A stretch of DNA of 64,000 nt from an uncultured Gammaproteobacteria bacterium (GCA_964590105.1 CAZPYM010000002.1:26697-90696); one strand, 5' to 3'; counted from the first letter of the stretch, positions 1 to 8,594 are shown. Program-made: numbers and translations. Notes: generated by a model not told the origin, from the letters alone.

Positions 1-536
1 GGCTCCGCCCAAATGCTTTTCGTCTCAATGCCGTGCCTTAACTTTTCTTCAACATAATAAGCGGCGTATTCTTTTGTAAAAGCATTTAAAAACACTTCGA
101 ACGACGGCACGATGGCGAAAAGTTTTTTTTCTTTGCTTTCAAATGATTTTTCCGCTAAATTTTTAATCCCGGCCGTACCGCGAAAAAACTCCACCCGCGC
201 CTCGCCGGCCGGCACTTGTTCCATTGTCGGAAAAAATGGCAATGTTTTATCCAGCTTTTTTTCAAGCGACTCCACTTCCATCGCCCGCCGATGCAAAAGC
301 GATTTTAAATGTTCCGGCGGCTCGGCTCGAAACTTCAAAACCCGGCCGGTTTTCGAAATTGAAACCAGCCCTTTCTTTTCCAGCGTTTCGAGCGCGTGAT
401 ACAGCGCCGGTCTTTTTATTTCCGTTACTTTAGCCAACTCGCCAGCGCTGATCCTGGTTTGCTTCAACGCCGCGAGATAGGCGTTACTCTCGTTTTCAGT
501 AAGGCCAAATGAATTTAAAAACTTTTTAAGCTCCAT
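1..536 (-). CDS. TrmB-family HTH transcriptional regulator, partial (runs off the window at position 1)
   Basis: Minus-strand translation from ATG at 536 gives MELKKFLNSFGLTENESNAYLAALKQTRISAGELAKVTEIKRPALYHALETLEKKGLVS..., the same N-terminal winged-HTH pattern as the other TrmB-like proteins in this window. It is absent from the ORF track only because it runs off the edge. The plus-strand ORFs 112..399 and 224..433 are antisense artefacts. Confidence 0.75.
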   Translation of the reverse strand, partial: MELKKFLNSFGLTENESNAYLAALKQTRISAGELAKVTEIKRPALYHALETLEKKGLVSISKTGRVLKFRAEPPEHLKSLLHRRAMEVESLEKKLDKTLPFFPTMEQVPAGEARVEFFRGTAGIKNLAEKSFESKEKKLFAIVPSFEVFLNAFTKEYAAYYVEEKLRHGIETKSIWAE

Positions 537-648
537 ATAATTCCATTATACACTATTTTAAAATAATTGTCAATATACGATTGACAATAGTATATTTTAA
601 CTAAACTTATTTGTTTTAATTTTGAATAAAAAGAGCAAATAATTACCA

Positions 649-677
649 TTGACAAAATGCTGATTATTTGCTATAAT
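649..677 (+). promoter_or_regulatory. sigma70-like promoter, TTGACA-17 nt-TATAAT
   Basis: ttgacaaaatgctgattatttgctataat is a perfect -35 and -10 with a 17-nt spacer. It lies upstream of a small-membrane-protein operon with a GGAGGA RBS before the ATG at 736. Confidence 0.6.
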
Positions 678-735
678 AGTCGGTTGAAATCAAATTGATT
701 TCATGTTCATTGACAACAGCTTGCGGAGGAAACAA

Positions 736-900
736 TGAGCGCGGTAATACTTTTCTGGATCAGCTTACTGCTTACTTTCATTGCCGGAACTGCCATATGG
801 TTTGTTCCCGAGGATAACAAACCGAGAATGTCAATATTGCTTCTCGTTCCATGGACTCTACTCGCGGCAACCGTGGTGGCGAGGTATCTCGGATTATAAC
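736..900 (+). CDS. small hydrophobic membrane protein (54 aa)
   Basis: ATG with RBS gcggaggaaacaATG. Translation is MSAVILFWISLLLTFIAGTAIWFVPEDNKPRMSILLLVPWTLLAATVVARYLGL, under the 60-aa cut-off of the ORF track. The track's 707..910 minus ORF is its antisense. Confidence 0.6.
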
Positions 901-923
901 AATTCAACAACGGAGGAATAAAA

Positions 924-1178
924 ATGTCTAAACATAAAAATGGCTACCCCCATTGGAACATCTTTCTCTCAAAGATCGCCGGCGACATTATATTCGCTGT
1001 CCTGACTGTTTTGGCAATCAACTGGTTTATGACCGGCAACCACGGAGCGCGGGACTGGATTGGCGCCGTTGTCTGGATCGTATTGGGAAAAATAATCTCG
1101 GGGCAAGCAACGGACTTGCGAATTGACGCGGAAATCGAAAGAGCGTTTCGCGTGAGAGGTCTTGACAAGGATGACTAA
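924..1178 (+). CDS. small membrane protein (84 aa)
   Basis: RBS caacggaggaataaaaATG, two predicted TM helices, and an ATDLRIDAEIERA C-terminal motif shared with the downstream paralog. Confidence 0.6.
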   Translation: MSKHKNGYPHWNIFLSKIAGDIIFAVLTVLAINWFMTGNHGARDWIGAVVWIVLGKIISGQATDLRIDAEIERAFRVRGLDKDD

Positions 1179-1239
1179 GAAAATTGGGAAAAATCAATCC
1201 ACGAAATCACGTGCCAACAACCAACAACGGAGGAATAAA

Positions 1240-1479
1240 ATGTCTGAATCTAAAAAACCCATTGGGATCTTTTAGCCGTGTTTCTTGACCATCATCGCCG
1301 ACATCGCCCTCGCCGCCGCGATTGTCTTTGTTATCGGCAAAGCGATTCCCTGCGACTTTGACTATTATCTCGGCACACTCATCTGCATGGCGCTTATGAC
1401 GCGCGACGCGGCGACGGATATGCGGATTAACATGTGGATTGAAAAAACCGCTTCGCGAAAAAACCTTGGCGAAAATTAA
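1240..1479 (+). pseudogene. paralog of 924..1178 interrupted by an in-frame TAG
   Basis: The 5' region including the RBS is duplicated (caacaacggaggaataaaATGtctgaatctaaaaaa). Translation is MSESKKPIGIF*, then continues in frame as PCFLTIIADIALAAAIVFVIGK...ATDMRINMWIEKTA, homologous to 924..1178. The track ORF 1285..1479 is the downstream TTG-initiated remnant. Confidence 0.45.
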
Positions 1480-1494
1480 CCTCGGGAGGCAAAA

Positions 1495-1731
1495 ATGGCT
1501 AAATCATCAAATACAAAACCTTATTTACTACTATCTGCGTTCTGCTTCACCTTCTGTCTCGGTAATGCTTTTTGGCTTACAACTTTCGCCGATGTTTTTA
1601 ATTACATCCTTGCGGCCAGCTGGGCGTTCATAGGGTGCGTTAATTTATCGTTGAGTATCACGGACTATGTGGACGAAAAAATCAAAGCGGCGCTTCGCCC
1701 GCAAGACTTGGACAGTGGAGATGCGAAATGA
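1495..1731 (+). CDS. small membrane protein (78 aa)
   Basis: RBS gggaggcaaaaATG. Hydrophobic N-terminal two thirds. Confidence 0.55.
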   Translation: MAKSSNTKPYLLLSAFCFTFCLGNAFWLTTFADVFNYILAASWAFIGCVNLSLSITDYVDEKIKAALRPQDLDSGDAK

Positions 1732-1967
1732 AAGATCAAACCCACCTCACCATCTTTTGGATTTCCATGATCGGCGCCGCAATCACGCTGACACTCCACT
1801 GCTTGCCGTTTACTCTCGCGTTCTTCGCGCTTGGCATCGGTTTCACTGTCGCGTTCAACTGTTTAACCCGCTATTCGGTCAACATCCAACTCGTTTTGAT
1901 CATAGAATTTGTACTGGCAGTAATCATCCTTGGCGCGATTACCTACAAAAAACGCAAAAACTACTAG
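1728..1967 (+). CDS. small membrane protein (79 aa)
   Basis: ATGA start/stop overlap with the previous gene. Three hydrophobic segments. Confidence 0.55.
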   Translation: MKDQTHLTIFWISMIGAAITLTLHCLPFTLAFFALGIGFTVAFNCLTRYSVNIQLVLIIEFVLAVIILGAITYKKRKNY

Positions 1968-1990
1968 ACCTAAACATCCCCAGCAAAACA

Positions 1991-2022
1991 GCCCGCGGAT
2001 AAATCACGCGGGCTCTTTTTTT
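1991..2022 (+). terminator. rho-independent terminator
   Basis: gcccgcg-gataaatca-cgcgggc followed by tcttttttt, immediately after the small-membrane-protein operon. Confidence 0.65.
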
Positions 2023-2238
2023 AACATTATTCAATCATGACCGAAAAGCGGCCAGCGCTTCTTTGCCGTCTAATCGGGACATCAAAGTTGCGCCAAATTT
2101 TTTCAAATAAATATTCCGATTTAGATCCATTAGATTTTTATTTCATTCACAATATATTAAATCTACCCATTTTTGCAAATCTATGCAAATCGTCAAGTAA
2201 TCTATGCACGCTCTATTTTTATTAAATAAAATTTAATT

Positions 2239-2268
2239 AAAAAAGCCCGGTGAATCGTCACCGAGCTT
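2239..2268 (-). terminator. rho-independent terminator for the minus-strand operon ending at 2280
   Basis: Read on the minus strand: agctcggtga-cgat-tcaccgggct followed by tttttt. Confidence 0.55.
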
Positions 2269-2279
2269 CTTTGTTTGAA

Positions 2280-2876
2280 TCAGAGACCAATCTTCAAGCC
2301 GATCAATGTTCGAGCAAAGTCAAATTCAGTCTCTTCGGAATTAAGTGGCACCCAGGCCACCCAGGCAGTCATTTCCCAAAAGTTAAATTCCACCACCGGC
2401 CCGACTCCGGCCGGCCGGCGGTCTTTCACGCCGAGCGTCAGCCATTCCAGAGTTTTTACCCGCAATGTCAGATCGTACCAGACTTGCGAATCATCGCCAT
2501 CATAGGCAAGCCGTCCAACTTCCACCTGCCCGGTGAAGTTCACGCGTCCATTTTTCAGCCCGAGCAGATACGCTGTTTGAAGATCCATTCCCTCCGGCCC
2601 CTGCCGGCCACCGAGCGAAACTCCCAGTTGCAACCAATCAACCGGCTGCCAGATCGGGCCAAAATGCGCCTGCGCCCAGCCACTGTTCATGAGCGTGAAA
2701 AACCGCAGACTGAAATTCTCATTCAGCTTTACGGCCGCGCCCGCGTCAATGATCAGCTTGTCATGAACTTCCGGCGTCATGGTTTGCGTTTCGAAGAAAG
2801 CGCTGATTTGCGCCTGGGCCATTACCGGCAACAGCAAACACACAATAGAACCCAACACTGCCAAATACTTTGTCAT
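2280..2876 (-). CDS. secreted protein with signal peptide, unknown function; GC-rich gene
   Basis: N-terminus MTKYLAVLGSIVCLLLPVMAQAQ is a classic signal peptide. The rest has alternating hydrophobic pattern suggestive of beta structure. Local GC is clearly above the window background. Confidence 0.6.
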   Translation of the reverse strand: MTKYLAVLGSIVCLLLPVMAQAQISAFFETQTMTPEVHDKLIIDAGAAVKLNENFSLRFFTLMNSGWAQAHFGPIWQPVDWLQLGVSLGGRQGPEGMDLQTAYLLGLKNGRVNFTGQVEVGRLAYDGDDSQVWYDLTLRVKTLEWLTLGVKDRRPAGVGPVVEFNFWEMTAWVAWVPLNSEETEFDFARTLIGLKIGL

Positions 2877-2995
2877 TCTCCCCTCCTTAACGCGTTATTG
2901 CGCTTTTCCATTTTCACCATCACCCACCAAATCAAAAAAACAAATATTGCCGACATCACAAGAATCACAATCAATTCGGCTCCCGCCGTGAACAT
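2873..2995 (-). CDS. small membrane peptide (40 aa), translationally coupled
   Basis: ggaggtgtttcATG start. Translation is MFTAGAELIVILVMSAIFVFLIWWVMVKMEKRNNALRRGE, and its stop overlaps the ATG of the 2280..2876 gene (ATGA). Not in the ORF track because it is under 60 aa. Confidence 0.4.
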   Translation of the reverse strand: MFTAGAELIVILVMSAIFVFLIWWVMVKMEKRNNALRRGE

Positions 2996-3007
2996 GAAAC
3001 ACCTCCA

Positions 3008-3301
3008 CTATTCTCGTTTCCGAATCAACCGAACCGCGATGGCAATCAGCGCTCCGACAAACAAAATTGCCAGAAATCCAATTGCGCTAAACCCGCTCAT
3101 TCGATACATTGAATAAAGACAAGCGGCCAAAGGCGCAATCGCGCAAAGGTGCAATGCAAACAGAAGCCAACGCATCTCAAACTTAATGCGCGGTTGTATC
3201 TTGTCCTCGTATTTCTGGACAAGATATATCGTCCACCAAATAATCGAATAAATTGCAAACCAGAAAAACACCATGCCCCAAAGACCAATGAGTTGCGCCA
3301 T
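3008..3301 (-). CDS. membrane protein (97 aa)
   Basis: Three hydrophobic helices. First gene of the minus-strand trio 3301 to 2280. Confidence 0.5.
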   Translation of the reverse strand: MAQLIGLWGMVFFWFAIYSIIWWTIYLVQKYEDKIQPRIKFEMRWLLFALHLCAIAPLAACLYSMYRMSGFSAIGFLAILFVGALIAIAVRLIRKRE

Positions 3302-3507
3302 AATTTTCCTCCTCGTGAATCTCGAGCCCTGAGCTTACTTCTCGACCATGAGCTCGAAGCTGAATGGTCGAAGGGTCTAAAGGTATTGTTATTGTCAAAG
3401 TTCTATTTAATTCTGGATTATATCATACAAAAAATGACGTGTCAAGTATTTTAATCTAAATTTAGTCAAAATTAGTCACAAAACATTAGACAGCGCGAAT
3501 ATTCTCT

Positions 3508-3536
3508 TGACGTGTTTGTTTAATTTTGCCATAATA
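3508..3536 (+). promoter_or_regulatory. sigma70-like promoter followed by a ~120-nt leader
   Basis: ttgacg-16/17 nt-cataat. The leader carries hairpin acgggggaataccccgt at about 3620 before the ATG at 3659. Confidence 0.4.
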
Positions 3537-3658
3537 CGAGTGTCATAAAATAAATGATAATTACCCAAACCCCGCATGTAATTTCTCGAATCCTCGTCGC
3601 TCGAAATGACAATACGGGGGAATACCCCGTTTATTCCGCCACCTACGCAAAATAAAAT

Positions 3659-6427
3659 ATGCTGGAACAAAACCTCAAACAACTCGACTTCACCCCCAAC
3701 GAAATAAAAGTATATTTGGCTCTTTTCGCGATCGGCAAATCCAGAGCCGGAAAAATAATTGCTTCAACCGGCCTGCATAGAAATCTTGTTTACACTTCTT
3801 TGGAAACATTGGAAAAAAGAAATCTGATAACAAAAGTCTTAGTCAAGGGCGTAGCCGAATTTTCCGCCAATTCACCAACCTCCTTAATTGATGAAATTGA
3901 AAACAAAAAACAGCTCGCCCGTCAGGCGGCCGATGAATTGGAAAAACTCGCCAAACACGAGGAGCGCGACATAAAAATTTACGAAGGCCTCGACGGTATC
4001 AAGCAAGCCCGGTCAAATATTTTGAACTTGCCAAAAGGCAGTGAATTTTTTGTTTTAGGCGCCAGCAAGCTGAGCCAAACTCCGAAACTAGAAAATTTCT
4101 GGCGCGCCTTTCATAAAAAAAGGGAAGCAAAAGGAATAAAACAAAAAACGCTTTATGAAAGCACCACGGATCAAGGGGTTTTGGACAGCATCAAATGGCG
4201 CAATCAACTGCCAAATATGAAAACCAGGTTTTTGCCGTTTGAAATTGATTCCCCCCTTTGGTTTGACTTTGCCGAAGACCACGTCAATCTCGGCCTTGCC
4301 GGCAAAGACCCTCTGACAATCAACATCAAAAGCCGCGATCTGGCCAACGGCTTCAAAAAGTATTTTGAATATTTCTGGGATCAGCGCGTCCGGGTCAAAA
4401 CCGGCGTGGCCGCGGTCAAAGAAGCAATTTACGAACAGCTTAATTCTTTGGCGCCCGGCCAGGAATATCTTATTCTCGGCGCCAAGGGAGCGGATTATCC
4501 CGAGGGCATAGACGAGCTATATGACGAATTCCATACTGACCGCATTAAAAAAGGCGTTGTTACAAAAATGATTTGTTATGAAGAATCTTATGAAGGCCTG
4601 AAAAAACGATTTGAAAAATGCGGCGACATCGAAGGCAAAATTAGTTTTTTGAAAAAATATGCTTCCGGAACCCCGATCCCGATGCAGATCAACATGTACA
4701 AAAATAAAACCTTTTTTATTTTGTACGAAAAAACACCGGTTGTGATTTATTTTGACAACCCGATTATTTTCCAGACCTTTAATAATTATTTTAATGATAT
4801 CTGGAATCAAAAAGTTCATACTCACACCGGATTCAAGGCTCTGCATGACGCATTTTATAATATGATAAACGAACTTGGACCAGGGGAAGAATATTATGTT
4901 CTTGGCACAATGGGTCACGGCCTAGACAAAAAAATTGAAGATTTTTTTGATAAATATCACAACGACCGAATAAAGAAAAAAATTAATTTAAAAATGCTTT
5001 GCTACGAAGAATCATTTACGCCAATTTCTAAACGTTTTCAAAGAGAAGATCCGGAAAATAAATTTACCCAGCTGAAAATTTACCACGAATCTCCGCCCGC
5101 GCCAATGCAAATTGTGCTTTATAAACAAAAAGCTTTTATTACAATTTACGATGGCCACGACACAACCGTAATCCATTTTGACGAACCAAACGCGTACGCC
5201 GGATTTAAAAATCATTTTGACAAAGCCTGGGATCAGCGCGCCAAAACATATGAAGGAGTCGAACAAATAAAAAGACTTTTCATGGAAACCATGGAATTCG
5301 GCAATTATTCTGTTTTTGCCGAAGGCATGAAAATAATTGACGTGCTGGGCGAAGGGTTTTTTACCAGATGGCAAAAAGAAAAACAAAAACGCGGCACTAA
5401 ATCCCGCGGCATTATGAACGCCAGATTCAAAAGCCAGCCGACCGTCACCAAATCGATTACTCAAATGAAATTTATTCCCGGTTACACTGCGCCGGGCGTA
5501 ACTCTGATATTCAAAGACAAAGTGGCCAGCATTAATTTTTCAAAAAATCCGACCGCTTTTTTAATCGAAGACGCTGAAATTGCCCGAAGCAACCAATCCT
5601 ACTTTGATTTATTGTGGAATCAAAAAATTATAACCAGCGAAGGACAAAAAGAAGTTGAGCAACTCTACAACAATCTATTAGAAACAGCCAATTCGCAAGA
5701 TAAAGTTATGGTCTTTGCGGCCAAGCCATCTTCAGAGTCTTCGGCAAATTTCAATCTTGAATGGAATAAAAAAATCAGTAAAAAAACAAAAGGAGTCCGC
5801 CTGCTTTATTACGGCAATACCGGCCGGAACAGAGAGCGAGCTCAGGAATTGACCAAGGTCGGCTGTCAAGCTAAAACCTTGCCAACTGAACAAGAATTGC
5901 CCATCTCAACAATTATCATTGGCGATAAAATTTTAAGCACCGTCTGGAACAAAAAACCAATCGCTTTTTATATGAAGGATGAAACAACGGCCGCGGCTTA
6001 TAAAGAGAATTTTGAATTACTCTGGAATCAGGAAACTTTCGTATTAAAGGGCCTGGACGCGATTGAATATCTTTTTGAAGAAATGCTAGCCGCCGGACAC
6101 GCAGATCTGATCGGCGCCCGCGGATATTTCATTGACCGCCGGCCAGAATTCATTGACGACTGGGAAAAACGAGCCCGGCGCGCTGGCTTTACCATGCGCA
6201 ACATTGTGGATCCCGGACTACGCGGACATCGCATTACAAAATTTCCTTTTGCCAAGACAAAATATACGCTTAACAAAGAATTTTCCAACTTGAGCGTGTT
6301 CTGGATTTTTGGAGACAAATTGGCCATCAGCAACTGGACGGAGAAAGAGCCCTTTGCCATAATCATTGACAACAAACATGTGCACGATATGTATAAGCAA
6401 CAATTTGAATTGTTGTGGAGAAATTAG
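3659..6427 (+). CDS. giant TrmB-like regulator: N-terminal HTH plus about seven tandem TrmB C-terminal-domain-like repeats (922 aa)
   Basis: N-terminus MLEQNLKQLDFTPNEIKVYLALFAIGKSRAGKIIASTGLHRNLVYTSLETLEKRNLI is TrmB HTH-like. A ~115-130 aa module then recurs, each ending in an F/Y-x2-3-W-N/D-Q motif: YFEYFWDQRV, YFNDIWNQKV, HFDKAWDQRA, YFDLLWNQKI, NFNLEWNKKI, NFELLWNQET, QFELLWRN. The single-domain TrmB paralogs here end with the same kind of motif (WWKFMF, FNLAWRGCGK). Confidence 0.8.
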   Translation: MLEQNLKQLDFTPNEIKVYLALFAIGKSRAGKIIASTGLHRNLVYTSLETLEKRNLITKVLVKGVAEFSANSPTSLIDEIENKKQLARQAADELEKLAKHEERDIKIYEGLDGIKQARSNILNLPKGSEFFVLGASKLSQTPKLENFWRAFHKKREAKGIKQKTLYESTTDQGVLDSIKWRNQLPNMKTRFLPFEIDSPLWFDFAEDHVNLGLAGKDPLTINIKSRDLANGFKKYFEYFWDQRVRVKTGVAAVKEAIYEQLNSLAPGQEYLILGAKGADYPEGIDELYDEFHTDRIKKGVVTKMICYEESYEGLKKRFEKCGDIEGKISFLKKYASGTPIPMQINMYKNKTFFILYEKTPVVIYFDNPIIFQTFNNYFNDIWNQKVHTHTGFKALHDAFYNMINELGPGEEYYVLGTMGHGLDKKIEDFFDKYHNDRIKKKINLKMLCYEESFTPISKRFQREDPENKFTQLKIYHESPPAPMQIVLYKQKAFITIYDGHDTTVIHFDEPNAYAGFKNHFDKAWDQRAKTYEGVEQIKRLFMETMEFGNYSVFAEGMKIIDVLGEGFFTRWQKEKQKRGTKSRGIMNARFKSQPTVTKSITQMKFIPGYTAPGVTLIFKDKVASINFSKNPTAFLIEDAEIARSNQSYFDLLWNQKIITSEGQKEVEQLYNNLLETANSQDKVMVFAAKPSSESSANFNLEWNKKISKKTKGVRLLYYGNTGRNRERAQELTKVGCQAKTLPTEQELPISTIIIGDKILSTVWNKKPIAFYMKDETTAAAYKENFELLWNQETFVLKGLDAIEYLFEEMLAAGHADLIGARGYFIDRRPEFIDDWEKRARRAGFTMRNIVDPGLRGHRITKFPFAKTKYTLNKEFSNLSVFWIFGDKLAISNWTEKEPFAIIIDNKHVHDMYKQQFELLWRN

Positions 6428-6461
6428 CTTGACACAAAGTTCAACTTAAGTCATACTTAAG

Positions 6462-6707
6462 ATGAACCTATGTATAAAATATAATGTACCAAAAAGTATG
6501 ACTATCATTGGACTAAAAGATCTACGCCAAAACGTAGACAAATATTCCAAAAAAATTCAGAATGGCGAATCCTTTATTGTAATGAAACGCTCATTGCCCC
6601 TTTTTAAAATCTCACCTGTTAACGACGGGCCATGGGAAGAGCTGATTGATTTCACAAAAATAAAAAAAGGCGGTGTTGATATTAAAGAGTTGTTAAAACG
6701 TCTTTAA
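6462..6707 (+). CDS. Phd/YefM-family antitoxin (likely start at ATG 6492)
   Basis: MTIIGLKDLRQNVDKYSKKIQNGESFIVMKRSLPLFKISPV matches the Phd/YefM N-terminal pattern. It sits immediately upstream of a RelE/ParE-like ORF. Confidence 0.6.
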   Translation: MNLCIKYNVPKSMTIIGLKDLRQNVDKYSKKIQNGESFIVMKRSLPLFKISPVNDGPWEELIDFTKIKKGGVDIKELLKRL

Positions 6708-6710
6708 TGT

Positions 6711-6950
6711 ATGGTTGATAAAATCACCAAAGCAGTACAAAAATTATTAGACAAAGACAAGAAAAAAATAAAAGCCCTTTTACAAAACATTCAAAATGGA
6801 GAGTTATTGAATTTAGATATTAAAAAGCTTAAAGGGAGAAATGACGTTTACCGAGTTAGAAAAGGAAACATTCGAATACTTTTTCATAAAACAGAACAGT
6901 CTATAAAAATTTTAGCTGTTGAAAATAGAACAGACACTACCTACAACTAA
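6711..6950 (+). CDS. RelE/ParE-family toxin
   Basis: The C-terminal half NDVYRVRKGNIRILFHKTEQSIKILAVENRTDT is the canonical RelE/ParE YR(I/V)R...R(I/V)(I/L)... core. The gap to the antitoxin gene is 3 nt. Confidence 0.65.
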   Translation: MVDKITKAVQKLLDKDKKKIKALLQNIQNGELLNLDIKKLKGRNDVYRVRKGNIRILFHKTEQSIKILAVENRTDTTYN

Positions 6951-6956
6951 TTCTAT

Positions 6957-6990
6957 AAAAAAAACGCTCTCACTCGAGAGCGTTTTTTAG
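6957..6990. terminator. bidirectional rho-independent terminator
   Basis: aaaaaa-aacgctctc-actc-gagagcgtt-ttttt, between the convergent TA pair and the transporter gene. Confidence 0.7.
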
Positions 6991-7000
6991 ATTATCAAGA

Positions 7001-8452
7001 TTATTTCAAATGATAATAAAACTTTTCCATCAGGGTCTTCTTTGGCATTAACAAACAAAAGCCCGTGCTGACCGCCACAATAAATAGTGTCGCGCCTACA
7101 ATCCAGACTGGATTGTCAATTATATTACTGTAAACAAACAATGGGATTCCGATTACAAACGCACTCAATACTCCCCAAAAAACTCCCTTTTCACTTAGTC
7201 GTTCCCAATACAGACTCAAAACAGTCGGTACCATGATACAGGCGGCAACGGTATTAAACACCCACCACAAATGCTTCAAGCCAAAACCAGGAATATACAA
7301 AGCGCCGAGCGCAACTAATAAACCAAGAGACGTGATTCCAACCATTGCCAGGCGAGCTGATCGAATCGACCGGCCATCAGATTGATTTTTAACCACATCC
7401 GTAACCCAAAGAGAGCTGGCGGCTGACAAACCTGAATCAAGAGTTGAACTCAAACCGCACAAAAGCATTATCACAAACAAAAGCACTGCTCCCGCCGGCA
7501 ATAAATTGGCTACTGTCTGCACGCCGATCATAGAGACGTCCACTCCCGCCGGCAAACTAATTCCAAGCGCTGGATTGGCGCCAAGAAATCCCAGAGTTGA
7601 AAGTGCGATCGGAACTATTCCAAATAGAATCGCGCCAAAAACAAACGATTTAACAAGCTTTGTTTTTTTAATGGCAAATGCCCTCTGCCAATACTGCTGG
7701 TCGGAAATCGCTCCGGCAATGAGGCCGATTGAGGTGACAATTCCAAAAGAAAAAGCCACGCCCGGATCAAAAATATTTTTTATTCCGGCTAAACCACCAA
7801 AGCCCGCGCTAATCGCGCTAAATCCGCCGGCCGCTGACCAGACCCACGGCAAAACTATTGCGCCAATCGTAAAAATCATAGCCAGCTGAACAAAGTCAGT
7901 AATAATTGAAGCTTTTAATCCGGAAACCAAAGTGTACACCAAAGCAATTACCGCTAGGATCGGCATTACAATTGTCAAAGGAATTCCGGTTAACATTAAG
8001 ACCAAGCTTCCACCCGCAAAAAGCTGAACTGTCACGGCCATTAGCTGATAAAGAAAATACGGAAACAAGTAAACCTTATGAACGCGTTCACTTTGCAATT
8101 TAAACTTAATATACTGCGGCAAAGTATAGCCCTCGGGCAAACGTTCGCGAATCTTTGGCGCTAGAAAGGCAAACAGAGCCAAAGCAATTACATTGGGCAA
8201 AGTAAACCAGAAAATTCCAGCCAAACCTTTTTCATATGCCATTTGAACTGAAACAAATAAGGCCGGCGCCCAAATCCAGGAGGCGGCAATACTTGATCCG
8301 CCAAAGATCCAACCAACTTTTCGGTTGGCAACTAAAAAACCTTCTTTTGAATTGTCTTTTTGTAGCCTGGCAAAAACATAAGTGATTGCCAGCATAGCTA
8401 ATCCGAAAATTGCTAGAAATAGATAGCCGGTTGTTGATGATACGAATGTCAT
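7001..8452 (-). CDS. sodium:solute symporter family (SSS) transporter
   Basis: 483 aa with about 13 TM segments. The N-terminal region ...FLVANRKVGWIFGGSSIAASWIWAPALFVSVQMAYEKGLAGIFWFTL... is typical of SSF/PutP/PanF-like proteins. Confidence 0.8.
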   Translation of the reverse strand: MTFVSSTTGYLFLAIFGLAMLAITYVFARLQKDNSKEGFLVANRKVGWIFGGSSIAASWIWAPALFVSVQMAYEKGLAGIFWFTLPNVIALALFAFLAPKIRERLPEGYTLPQYIKFKLQSERVHKVYLFPYFLYQLMAVTVQLFAGGSLVLMLTGIPLTIVMPILAVIALVYTLVSGLKASIITDFVQLAMIFTIGAIVLPWVWSAAGGFSAISAGFGGLAGIKNIFDPGVAFSFGIVTSIGLIAGAISDQQYWQRAFAIKKTKLVKSFVFGAILFGIVPIALSTLGFLGANPALGISLPAGVDVSMIGVQTVANLLPAGAVLLFVIMLLCGLSSTLDSGLSAASSLWVTDVVKNQSDGRSIRSARLAMVGITSLGLLVALGALYIPGFGLKHLWWVFNTVAACIMVPTVLSLYWERLSEKGVFWGVLSAFVIGIPLFVYSNIIDNPVWIVGATLFIVAVSTGFCLLMPKKTLMEKFYYHLK

Positions 8453-8546
8453 AGAATTGATATTATTAAACTGTTAAATTGATAATTGCCTTGAATCATG
8501 AAACGCAACACGCATTTCACAGTTCAAAGTAATTAATGAATTGAAT

Positions 8547-8594
8547 GTCAGGCGGGATCTCGAACGATGTCGAGAGAGCCCGCCTGACTTTTTT
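8547..8594 (+). terminator. strong orphan hairpin plus T-tract; terminator-like, possibly the end of a small RNA
   Basis: gtcaggcggg-[atctcgaacgatgtcgagagag]-cccgcctgac then tttttt. No protein gene lies upstream on the plus strand. Confidence 0.4.

Noticed and set aside
112-433. Plus-strand ORFs 112..399 and 224..433
   Set aside because: They are antisense to a clearly recognisable minus-strand TrmB-family gene (1..536) and have a low-complexity S/A/F-rich composition with no RBS.
2250-3116. 288-aa plus-strand ORF
   Set aside because: Antisense to the 2280..2876 signal-peptide gene and the small coupled ORF. A long open frame is expected in a GC-rich patch. No RBS, and an unusual His/Pro/Arg-rich composition.
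4517-5464. Minus-strand ORFs 4517..4918 and 5012..5464
   Set aside because: Antisense to the giant TrmB-like gene. Phe/Asn/Lys-rich low-complexity translations are typical of AT-rich antisense frames.
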